The notes under the pieces: generated by a model
What the model was told of the DNA's origin: nothing
The model's input: only the letters and a program-made list of their open reading frames with translations
Databases searched by the model: none
Assembly: GCF_964194025.1 (NCBI RefSeq)
Contig: NC_134482.1
Span: 36,704,001 to 36,768,000, forward strand
Direction: 5' to 3'
From: Convolutriloba macropyga
Lineage: Eukaryota
DNA length: 64,000 nt
Made by a program: the position numbers and the translations under genes
In this document: positions 53,701-64,000 of the stretch, in pieces
How positions within the stretch are numbered: the first letter of the stretch is position 1
Layout of the letters: the number at the start of each line of letters is the position of its first letter

Positions 53701-56700
53701 AGGTCTGTCGAACGCACGAAAGTCTGGACATGAACGCACGAAAGGTCTGATGAACGCACGAAAGTCTGGACATGAACGCACGAAAGTCTGAACATAGTCC
53801 TAAAGAACGCAATGTTTGATAAACAAACATTAGGAACGTTCCTAAAGTTTGTTTATCAAACATTGCATTCTTTAGGTCGATGAACCCCCCCCCGCTCACT
53901 GTAAACTCTCAACGGGTGGTTTTCATGTCTTTTATCTCTTAATATCAGAGAAAAATTCTGTTCAATTTTCTAAATTTGTTCACAGTACCATCGGGCGACT
54001 TTGATATGTTTGTGATGCGGCCCATGTGCCATCGAGTGCCCCCCGATCTGTCCCCACTGGCGCCATAGGAACCCTGTTGGAACAGGACATTGCTACCCAC
54101 TCCAATCTCTGCCACTCCTGGTACCTTGTCCAAGGCAACGTCTGTCACCTGAAACAATTACCCACCTGAAATTTTTCTCTGTTGAGCGTGTTTTCATAAT
54201 TCAAAATTTTTTTTTCGAAATTTTTACAATTTTTCATGATTTTGCTTTGAACATCATGGGAATCAAAACCAAGAATGCTCGCTCTATTTTCAGAAAAAAA
54301 GTATCTATGGGACTTGTACTGAACATCATGAGTAGGAAGATATTCTTAGGATACACTGATACAGTACTGGGCCGACGATATACAATTGGAATACAATGTT
54401 TCAGCACTGATTTACTACGGCACTAGGGTCCGGGAAGCCCGTGAGAACAAACGACAGCAAGTTATTATACGCCAGGAAATACCTAAATAGTTATTGCCCA
54501 AATAGTTACTTAAAATGCCTTATCAGAACTGGCATAAATTAGTAAGCGAATTTAAACCTTATAGCCGTTCCCGGGCCGAGGTATCACCATAAATCTACCT
54601 CACAATTACCAGGGTAAAGGGTGCATTAGTCAATACAGTCCTTATTATGAGTGAAAAAGTGTACTTTTGAAAAATTGCACTGGGTTTACACTTTTGTCAG
54701 TCAGTTTTCGTCGATTCGATTTATTCAAGGTGGAGATTGTGAGTGGTATCTTTAGAAATCTTGTCAAGCGTAGAATATCAAATTAATAATTTTTTCTTTA
54801 AAATTTCTCTTTCTCTAATGAATTACAAACGTTTGAAATGATATGAACATTAGGCTCACTTATGCTGCTTTGTTAAAGTTTTTCAAAATTTTCGCCAATT
54901 TTTTGACCAATTTTAATGAGAAAGTGCTAAAGTTTTAATGATATCCTCGTTTATTATTCGTTTAAAGACAAAAAAGAAATGCTTAACTGTTTGAACCAAC
55001 ACTTTTGGCTAAGATTTTGCCTAAAGTTTGGACAATTTAACAATATTTTCTCATTTTTCATGAAAAATGGCACCAAATATGATTCCTTAGTCCATTGAGA
55101 CCAAATTTAGCAACAATGCAGTACAAAACATTTCTGGAACGACCTTTGTTTAATAACACGAGGAATAATTGTACCTTCGGTTTCGAAGAAAATGCTCTGG
55201 ATCTAACATTTTGGCTGCGTTTCCCTGATTTATATCGATATTTAGCAAAACTGCATTAATTCTTTTTTGATATATTAAGAATCTTGTTAGCTAAAATCTA
55301 TACCGCAATAATTGGGAACAATGTTGTTTTTTGGCAGCCGCGCAGTGATAGCAAAGTCAGTTTTGGTCTCATCGTTGAGTTGCTCGACAAAAAGGATTTT
55401 GAAAAAGGTTTTTGAAAAGAAAAAGGTTTTTGTCTAACCTATTTACTATATTGTTTTTTAAGTTGCCTCTTTGTGGTGCGCCACTTTTCATTGTTTTCTG
55501 TCACCTTTAAGCGTAGTCTAAGTAAAGAAATTGTTAACGTCCTTTTTAAGTGAATTTGTAAAGTTGTAAATTTGTCTGCACTGCTGTTTTATCAATTATG
55601 GGATGATTTTTTTGGATTTGATCCTAAGAGTTTCATAATTTTTTGCCATTTTCGGATTTTTCCAAATTTTTGTATCTTTTTGCTGGGTTCTCCAGTCGTC
55701 AGATTCATAACAAATGAAACACCACACTAATGGAGTTGTAACAAGGTTTAATGGTTAAATTTAATGTTTATTTTTTGATCGGTTTTCTCACAAAATTTAA
55801 CTGACTTTTTGATCTTTGCCAGTCCGGCTTCTTTTTTAAGTTATATCTTGATCACGATAAAAATTTAGGTCTCGAGGGTTTCCTATGTAGGTAAAAATGA
55901 AACAAATTATTAATTTCAGTTGATGGATAATTCAAAGAAATTATTTGTTCTCAAAAGTATAAACGTTTTTTTCATCATTACCTTTTTTGTTTTTTTTTGT
56001 AATTGTCTACACGTTAATTTTGTTCAACAAAGACAGGTTTCATATTTTTGATGCTGAAATAAAATTCAATTTGTTTAGTTTTTATTTTATTTTCTGCTTT
56101 TGTGACTTTGTTATTAAGTTTTTTGTTAAAAAATAGATGAACAATGAGGTTTGGTCCTATTTAATACTTTTTCTTATCATTTGATTTTGTTGTTAGTGTT
56201 ATATCCAGGCTTATCTCCTTTAATGGCAAGTATCATCAGCCATTTAAGAGCCATTATTCATTTTGCTTAGTGGTTTGAGCTGAAAGCGATTTTTAACTTG
56301 AGACATCAATTATTTTCGAATAATGTAAGTTTTTTGAAAATTTCCTATCTCTTCCTCAATGGCAGACAATTAAGTCAAAAATGTGTTAGAGCTGTGTCGC
56401 AACATTATGTGCAGTCGAACATTACCGATGCCTCTTGTTTGTTAGAAATCTGTTTATGATACTATCTTGCAAGCGAATGCGTACGGGTTCTAAGATATTT
56501 GCAAGATTCTTTCGATTATTTCGACACGTTGGCACGAATGGAGCAAGCGTTTTGATTAATTTTGCAATCTTTCTTATTCATTTTCTAAGTCTTTTTTATT
56601 CATTTTGCAAAAATTTTTATTCATTTTTTGAGCTTTTTGATTGATCCTGCAAGTTATCTTAGAAGATGAATCGAAATGGTAGAAAAATTCTTGCAGGTGA

Positions 56701-57704
56701 ATTGAAAACCTCCGAGAATCTTCCATTCTTGCAACTTGATACTAGCATTCAATTGACCGACCATTTGGGTGAAAACCGTAAGTAAAACATGATCAGGTCA
56801 TCTTCGTGGATTCAAGAGGAAAGTCTGTGATCAAAATTATGTTGTCTGGATCTCCGTTCGATCGCACGAAAGTCTGTGCAATGGCCTTAAATGAGCCTGA
56901 ACAGAGGTCATTATTGCCTCGGTGGTAAGGTCACCTCGAATGATGTAATCATGGCACTTTAAGAGACTCTGACCTTAACTACCCGACCATCCGGATCATT
57001 GTCGTCCCAAGTGATGTGGAACTCCTGCTTATCCTTGTCCAGAGAGTCCACCCTGGCAGGGAAGTACTGGTGCTGGAAGTACTTGGCATATATCTTGTCT
57101 CCCACTTTTGGGAAGTTCGACTGGACCATTCGCTTCTGCATTTCCTGTCTGAGAATCTTCCATTTTTGAAGGTCAACTCCTGGACAAAATGAAAGAAAAT
57201 GGACTCGTTGCTAATTTTTTTAGCGTTATTTATGTTTTGAAATTACGCATCATCCTAACTTTTATTTTTATTGTCAATTGTGAATAAAAAACCATTCAAA
57301 TGAATGGTGTTCGCTGAATTTTTTGGTACGTGCTGTATCACCAATTCAACGATTGTCCAATAAAACGATTTAATTTTAATATAAAACGCAGAAAACGAAA
57401 ACAGAACTATCTCATCATTGATCGTGGAACCAACGTTTAAAGTTTGAACACTGAAACGAAATACGAAATTTAAAGTTAAGATATCTTAATCTCTTGTATA
57501 TTCAATCTCAAACCAGAACTTAAATTCACGAATATTAAACAAGTTTCTCTCGATGTTATGAATCTATGGGTTTAATAGACATATCTATTTTTCAAAATCA
57601 ATTTAGATAGTTAGTTATAACTAGGTTTATAACAAGTTATACTTACCAGCTACAGTTAGTTGGTTTTCGACTTCTTCGACTAATCTCTTAATTTCTGGGT
57701 CCAT
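44597..57704 (-). CDS. Tandem-Tudor-like / TIR / TIR / tandem-Tudor-like protein, 696 aa; exons 57704-57647, 57179-56974, 54148-53989, 51512-50221, 48559-48362, 44773-44597
   Basis: Exon lengths 58+206+160+1292+198+177 = 2091 nt, with phases 1,0,1,0,0 giving one open frame ending in TAG. Two TIR folds (DVFVCYS; PVFVSYCW..WLDIEQ..SEYSKSENCNMEF). The N- and C-terminal halves are internally homologous (PK(V/I)GD..WDD.D..GRVVK..VG..VLF.QG.Y..DGK.LY.G.H..RG..LR+.PNA.E). Confidence 0.9.
46158..47126. mobile_element. Degenerate TIR element with subrepeats of about 30 bp (gttatcttgcaagaatctggcagaaaaatg-like), in intron 5
   Basis: Left end gtcgagactggaatgttatcttgcag versus right end ctacaagataactatcctttctcgac; subrepeat clusters at 46170-46350 and 46830-47080. 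Confidence 0.6.
48362..48559 (-). CDS. Tudor-TIR gene exon 5, ending at a GC splice donor
   Basis: Acceptor GCACAG|; DTMCFTVDWDDGDTTGRVVK...GTTVLFPQGQY...FRYFE; donor GAG|GCAAGT. Confidence 0.88.
48579..48738. mobile_element. 160-bp foldback MITE, CCCG...CGGG, flanked by TA
   Basis: ta|cccgtgtcgaggttt ... aaacctcgacccggg|ta, with the internal inverted pair gtaagaaatgcg / cgcatttcttac and tgcggtga subrepeats. Confidence 0.85.
49956..50117. mobile_element. 162-bp MITE with poly-C/poly-G TIRs and an imperfect 8-bp TSD
   Basis: cggatctattctgt(C)nag..ttttttatgaccccca versus tgggggtcataaaaaa..ct(G)nacagaatagatctg; flanks caaatatt / caaaaatt. Confidence 0.82.
50221..51512 (-). CDS. Tudor-TIR gene exon 4 (end of Tudor 2, both TIR domains, start of Tudor 3)
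   Basis: Acceptor TTTTAATAG|; extends ORF 50200..51318 upstream by 64 codons (KFLYDGEH...LRVSPNALE...DLD); donor AAG|GTACTT. Confidence 0.94.
53527..53795 (-). mobile_element. Truncated second copy of the 12482-13016 minisatellite TIR element, in intron 3
   Basis: TIR cccaggttgaggtcccagacagaagcaagtatgtccagacc, internal hairpin and tgaacgcacgaaagtctgga units; the other TIR is missing. Confidence 0.88.
53799..53876. repeat. 78-bp spacerless palindrome
   Basis: cctaaagaacgcaatgtttgataaacaaacattaggaac|gttcctaaagtttgtttatcaaacattgcattctttagg; 2 mismatches in 39-bp arms. Confidence 0.92.
53989..54148 (-). CDS. Tudor-TIR gene exon 3 (Tudor-like domain 2, first part)
   Basis: Acceptor TTTCAG|; VTDVALDKVPGVAEIGVGSNVLFQQGSY..TRWHMGRITNISKSPD; donor ATG|GTACTG. 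Confidence 0.9.
56974..57179 (-). CDS. Tudor-TIR gene exon 2 (Tudor-like domain 1)
   Basis: Acceptor TTTTGTCCAG|; PKVGDKIYAKYFQHQYFPARVDSLDKDKQEFHITWDDNDPDGRVVK; donor AAG|GTCAGA. Confidence 0.9.
57647..57704 (-). CDS. Tudor-TIR gene exon 1
   Basis: aataATGG; MDPEIKRLVEEVENQLTVA; donor CTG|GTAAGT; phase matches exon 2. Confidence 0.72.
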
Positions 57705-60700
57705 TATTTCACTTACTCAAATTGAAACTATATCGAAATTCAAATTCGCATCATAATTTCATATAATGATATAAATCAAGTTCAATTAGTTAAACTAAAC
57801 CAAACTAAACAAGTATTGGTGTGTATTTGGTCGAATTGCGAATGACATTAGCTAAAATGTTTCATAAACTAGATCTGTTGGATCGATCTAACACCGTTTG
57901 CAAACAAAACAGCAAAACATAACAAAAAGCAAATTCAAAAGGCAAAAGGGCGAATGATTCGTCAGTCATAAAATTTACAAATTATAACTAGTCTTATTTA
58001 AATTTTAGCTAGTTCGAAAGAGCGGTCAACAAAAATGGAGGGGGGGGGGGGTGAAAATAGTGTTTAAATGTGAACGTTCAGGAATGGCTTACTCCACAAT
58101 GACTTTACATGATAGTTTATCACATGACAAACCATTTCGTTCCATAGCCCGATTAAAAATGGCCAAGTCAATTAGTCTTACATTTCAAAATCGATTAATA
58201 TACTTATTTACACTCTAACTCATCTCAGTTAGATGTCTGTATATGCTAAATGGTCTTTCTGGTAATTAAGAGAATGGTGAAAAATATTCTGTACTTTTTG
58301 GGTATTTTATCACATTGGGTAATTTGGCATTCGGTGTTTTCTCCTGACATATTACAAAGAGTCAGGAGACGAATCAGTTGATATTAGGCAAGGACGATGC
58401 TTTGGCCAGATTCCTCTTGGAACCAATCCGTACATCGTTGCAAAATTCTAAAATATACATATAAATTTTTTTACGATTCGCAATGTAGCCGTTGTCAAGA
58501 CTCTTTGCTTTGTTTTTGTTACTCAGCGATGATCTTTTATTATAACTGTACATTGATATCATAGTAAACAATCACTGAAGCATTCTAGACAATGAGCAAA
58601 ACAGAACCATACTAAACCAACTATAAGTCAAAATTTCTATCATTGCACAAAAAACTCCATAAAACTCATATTTTTATGCACACTGTACTACAATTGGACA
58701 TTATAGGTTACCATCAGTCCAGTCTCACCAAAAAAAACAAATTGACTCAAACGAGATGAAATGAACCAAATTATTTCTCATAAATAATTGGATTAAATTG
58801 AAGTTAGCCATAGGATCTGAAATTTAAAAGCTATTGTAATTATAGGACGCCAGTGAAACACAACACCAGGGTTTTATCGAATGACAAGCAGGTTAAATGC
58901 TTCAATTTGTATCACGGAATGGTCTTCACTTTGATAACTTGCAGGTTTCTACACTATAAGTAACTGTTTCCAGGTAACACAAATAGCGTTATTTAGACTG
59001 AAATGAAAAAAAGTCCATATGGTGATGATTTTCAATCTTGATATAAATTGCGGGCTATAAGGGCAATGGGCGATTTTGCTATTACACATTTCATTGTTCA
59101 CAAAAACAATTAGGTCTTTGAATTGGATCTCGAGTGATTGCAAATCAAATTTGGGCAATAATGTTATAGGCTAATGACACGTTCAAAGTTGTGGATATAC
59201 ACCTGAAAAAATGTAAACGATTTCCACGGTATGAGAATTTTGTTTCCAACCAACTTAGTACCGAAATTGAATCGTTAGAAGTTGTATATGAATCGTGAAA
59301 AGTGGGGACACGTTTTAATTTTGGTTACTCGATTCCAAAAAACGCAAAATTTATTGATATTTGCTTTCTCGGAAAGATGAAAAAATCTTTAAAGAATAGG
59401 AAAGATCAATACTTAATAGTTTGAGTCTCGCAATTAATTGATTATTAGTTCCAGGAGAACGGCGAAAAGAACAGAATTTTCTGGGATTCTAGCTTGCGTC
59501 ATTAAAACATAACAATCACCCGTTTTCTGACCAATTTTTCAAACCTCGAAAGTATACGAAATATTTCTAATTTATACCTTAATCAAAAGCATCCTAAACG
59601 CTACAGAACCCATTGCAAAGAAAATCTTAACGAGCGCTAAAAGACTGAAAATGTAAAAGGAAGCAAGCGACAAGATTCTTAAAAAAAGATTAATACTATT
59701 TTTCCCGGGTGAAGTGCTTTTCAGAAAGCCACACAATTTTGGTTGAAGATTTTGATGGTTTGTTCCCTTTCCACACTTGACGGAAAATTTCTGTGACTAA
59801 TTGCGATACTTCACTTATTTAATTGTATAAATATAAGCTTATATATTGTTTTTGCATAATTCTGTTGAGAAATTTAAAAATTATAGATTAATCTTCATAC
59901 AGAGTATTAAAAAAACAAACAAAATTTTGGCATCTGTGACAAATTAGAATGATGTAGATACTAGTAGCCATCCTATAGTTTAAGTATTCTAATTGTTCTT
60001 ACGTATGTAATGTCTGTTCAATGAAAAAATACTTTTGGTGTTTTTATACAAAGGTTTTGATGTTTACTGCATAAAACATCTTAAACATCCATTAAGGAGT
60101 TGTATTTCTCAGCTAAACGCACGATTGAAACTGAAAATGTGCATGGTATCACCCAGTGCTTCAAATGATAGATGTTGTCAATTAGAATCTCCCCTTTTGA
60201 TGAAATAGCTTAGCTAAATAACGTCATATAATATCTCAACATGTGTAAAATTTTGCGGGACAGAATTTATAGGGGGTAAGATTTGATTGATGATGCAGAA
60301 ATTTTTTGTGTAACTGATAAAACGTCCGAGGTTTTCTTCATGATTTATTTTATCTGAAAAATTCTGCAAAGAATAATTTCGAATACTTGCACGATAGTAC
60401 ACCTTTAGACTCCAGAACCCTTGGGCTTTTTGTTAATCTACGCAAAACGATTAATACAGCTTTGATCAAAAAACCATTAATTTTCATATCTCTGACCGTT
60501 TTCGAATTCCAAGTTAAATTCAGGAAGAATGATTATTCTTATACTTAAAAAAATAAATCCTGGTTGATAGAAGATCCTGGTTTTCAGACCCCGGACAATG
60601 AAAGACCAGAAGTTTTTAGTACCAAAAATGATGAAAAAAATTTTAGTTGAAAAATTTAACCTTAGCGCCTAATTTGATTCACTACAATTAAATTATTCAC

Positions 60701-63304
60701 AGCTGAAAGTAATTTTTCTGCAAGTGACCGTGCAAGAAATATTAAAATTTAAGCACCTGGAAATTATAATTATTGCTCTGAGATGATATCTTAGCTGCGT
60801 TATAAACGCTAAAACTATCAACTACCAGACCTCAAATTACTTTTAAACTTAATTCAAATAGTTGTTTTCATGTTCACATCGTTACAGTGGAAGTCAGTTT
60901 TATTGCAAAAAAAAACAATTTGAAATGTTTTGACCAGACAGAATGTGTTCTCGATTCAAACGTGACCAAGTCTACGGCTTTTTCTATAATTTTGCGAGTG
61001 AGTTTAACTATACTTTCTATGACTCATACACAGTTAATGGTACTACATGGCGGTTTAACTCGTATTCGACCCGTTCCACAATTTGGAGATCAGGCCTGAA
61101 TACAATTTGGGCTGAAATTTAGCTTATTGTTCACCTCCTAGCCTCTCATTCAAACTGTTTTCATGGAAAATCTTTCACTGCAATATCCTCCCAAAAACAT
61201 AGCATGTTTTTAATATTTTTGTAGATCAGGAGGTTAACTCCTGTTGGATATTATTTCGTACAAGATTAAAATCTTCCATCAAAACACGCACCTGCGATTT
61301 TCCAGTTTTAAAATGCCAAAAGCCTGCACTGTCCCAAGAGAAAAATGCCAGAAATTTCTTTATGCGTTGCCAGAAGTTGACCCTCCACGAGTTTTCGCAA
61401 TTCGCAAAATGCAAATTGCCTTTTTTAAGCAGAGTTACGTGACTCTGTAGAAATCTCGCAGCTTTCTGGCTGAATATGTGGACCGGAGCACGGTTCTCGA
61501 TGAACGCCAGAAGTGCATGTGACTGCAAGCAGAATTGCGTAACCTCTGCTTAATAGTTTCAACGGTTCCGGATTATTATTATTAAAAAGTCTCTCAAAGA
61601 GGCTTGGCAGAGTGCATTTGCACAAAATGTTCTGACCCCACTCATTCCAGATTCTTTGCTCAAAATCTACCAAATTAAATAAAACAGATAGAACGAAGTT
61701 CAAAATATTAGATCAAGCTATTAAAACCGAAAGTATTCCAAAAAACAGACATATCAAGGAAGATAACACCAGTCTGGTTATTTTTTTTCTCACTATAATG
61801 AACAGAGGCTCAAATGAGAGAACCATTTCATTATTAGTTGAAGAAAATCAACATTATATTTAAATCAAGCAGAAAAAACAAGCAGGAGATTTGGTAATTT
61901 ATACACTTAATTTCGTCAAACAACGAGAACTAAGTTCTGATAATAACTTCCATCGATTTCTCCGCTCAAAATCTTACCACATAAATTTTGTAAAATAAAA
62001 CAAATGTTTATGATTATTCAGCGTGATTAAATCCTATTTAGTTTGTTTAGATTTTTCATTCTCCAATAAGATTCCTTATTTGGGCTGGAACGCAAAAAAA
62101 TTAACTGAATTGAAAGTTGATAGCGTCAACGTTAAATAACACGCAATTTCTTGTTAAAACACTGAAAAAGTACAATAAAAAACCATTGATCACTTCTTGG
62201 TATTCAATAATTCAAAACTGTAACCATAGTTTCGCAATTGCGGTTATTGAAAAAGTGAATAAAGAAAAACAAGGCAGGTTATTACCAACAAATGAAGGAG
62301 AGATTTAAATACCGTTAACATTTTTCGAAAAAAATTCTGAACAACTAAGCCCTAGTTGCTTTAAAAAGATGAGAACTAATTTTCAGAATAAAAGACAAGC
62401 CATCAAAAAAAAACATTATTAAAACTTAAAATTGATGTAATAACTCAATTATTGTCTTGGTTTCAATTGTTTTTAGTGTTTTTATATTTCATCCAAAAAT
62501 TTTTACTTTATTTCTGCTGTTTTAACAAAAATTTGTCTGTTTTTAAATTTTGTCAATGTTTTTATTTTTTGTCTTGTTTTTTATTCTTGAGAAACAGGTT
62601 TTATCCGATTTCTAATGCAAATTTCGAGGTTCAGTCATTCCATTATTGTTGCTGAGAGCATTAATGTCTAAATTACGCAATGGGAAAAACTTTGTTTTTG
62701 ACAATTATTAATGATTTTTTTGTCCCGCCTTCATTTGTTGGTATTTAACTGCCTTGTTGTTATTTTCTCCCTTCGTCGACAAACGCAATTGTGAAATTAT
62801 GGTTGCAATTTAACCTATGGAGGCAGTTTTGATCCTATGTTTAAAAAGAGCGTTGCAGATTGGCTTGTTGTTACTTGAATGGTAATTGAAGCTTTTCAAA
62901 CTAATAAACTAGTCAAGAAGAAACTGATAAGAAGATGCAAAAATGCAAAGTTCAATTATTTTCTAAAAAGAAAACCAATTCGAAGTCATTAAATGCTTGA
63001 ACAGTATAAAAACTCAACAATAGTTCTCTAGAGTTGCGCAAGGGTGCTCTCAGTAGTGAGAACCAGTGCAGGGATAATACCACAAAAAACTCTAAAAGCC
63101 AAGTGACATGTGGCTTCTTTGTCTGAAAAAAACAGTCAGTCATCCAGTGAAAACGTTATTTAAAGCTATTGTAGAGAGTCAAAATAATATAGTTACATTG
63201 GGTTCACTTGATTGGATAAAAAAAGAACAACAATTATAAACTCAAAAATTCGGCAAAATTTTAGGAGACAAATCAAAATAAAAAAAAGCAAGCTGTTGAT
63301 AAAA

Positions 63305-63308
<4 letters not shown>

Positions 63309-63356
<48 letters not shown>
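63309..63356. repeat. (AT)n microsatellite
   Basis: Uninterrupted AT dinucleotide run of about 24 units. Confidence 0.97.
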
Positions 63357-63359
<3 letters not shown>

Positions 63360-64000
63360 ATGGATAAAAAGACCAGCATAACAAAAATTACTAGCAATAC
63401 GTTTAAAACTACAAAGACACAATTATTTCATTGATAATGAAAGTAAACATTCAAAAAAAATTCTGTCCGTTGGCCAATTCAACTATGCACCTTTAGAAAA
63501 CGTCTATCAGCTTCATTAGCAATTGCAAAAAATCAAGAGAAAAACAGCAAAACACTTTCTCCTTACAGTTTGAAAGCCAGTCAATTAAACTTTACGCTTT
63601 GAAACACTCATTCTTCTGCTCCCTTAACTGTTCCAGCGTTACCAAATCATTTTTTTGTTTTGACTTCTAATTGACTTTGTAAATAAAATTTGCAATTAAA
63701 TGTGACGGTCTTGCAAAAAATGGCTCCAAAGTATGATCCAAAATCTTTCGATTGTTAACACCAGAGGGATACTAACAAGAGCGTACTAGAAGATACTAAC
63801 TAGGAAATATATTTAAAATTTGTTTGAAAATTATGGTAAAAGTGAACAAAACTACGGTGAGTTATTCGCAGAGAAATTAAACTTCCATAACTCCTCGAAT
63901 AGATCGATGATTTAAATTTTTTTATAAACTACTCTACGCTTGATGGGATTTCGAATGATACCACTCATGTATTTCTACGTCAAACATATCGACCGGCCAA

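Noticed and set aside
53462-53899. ORFs of 145 and 97 aa with the same repeats
   Set aside because: Second copy of the same element, lying in an intron
63193-63384. ORF with an IYIYIY run
   Set aside because: Translation of the (AT)n microsatellite

Overview
AT-rich, intron-containing eukaryotic DNA, most likely an invertebrate animal (species cannot be told from the window). I rebuilt three protein-coding genes by hand from splice signals and frame continuity. (1) A JNK-family MAP kinase (TPY motif) on the minus strand, with 4 coding exons at 237-4553; its 3' end lies outside the window. (2) A 2-exon orphan gene for a secreted, acidic, helical protein of 261 aa on the plus strand (36944-38238). 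(3) A 6-exon, 696-aa gene on the minus strand (44597-57704) with a symmetric tandem-Tudor / TIR / TIR / tandem-Tudor architecture. Only its second TIR keeps the NADase catalytic Glu, and its last intron uses a GC donor. This is the best candidate for an undescribed system. The interval of about 6-33.6 kb is a graveyard of decayed non-LTR retrotransposon fragments (PHD-finger ORF1, endonuclease, RT), multiplied by four successive local tandem duplications. Several MITE-like elements, a minisatellite-bearing TIR transposon, a 78-bp palindrome and G-tracts are also present. I found no tRNA, rRNA or CRISPR array. All family assignments come from motif recognition by eye; no database search was run.
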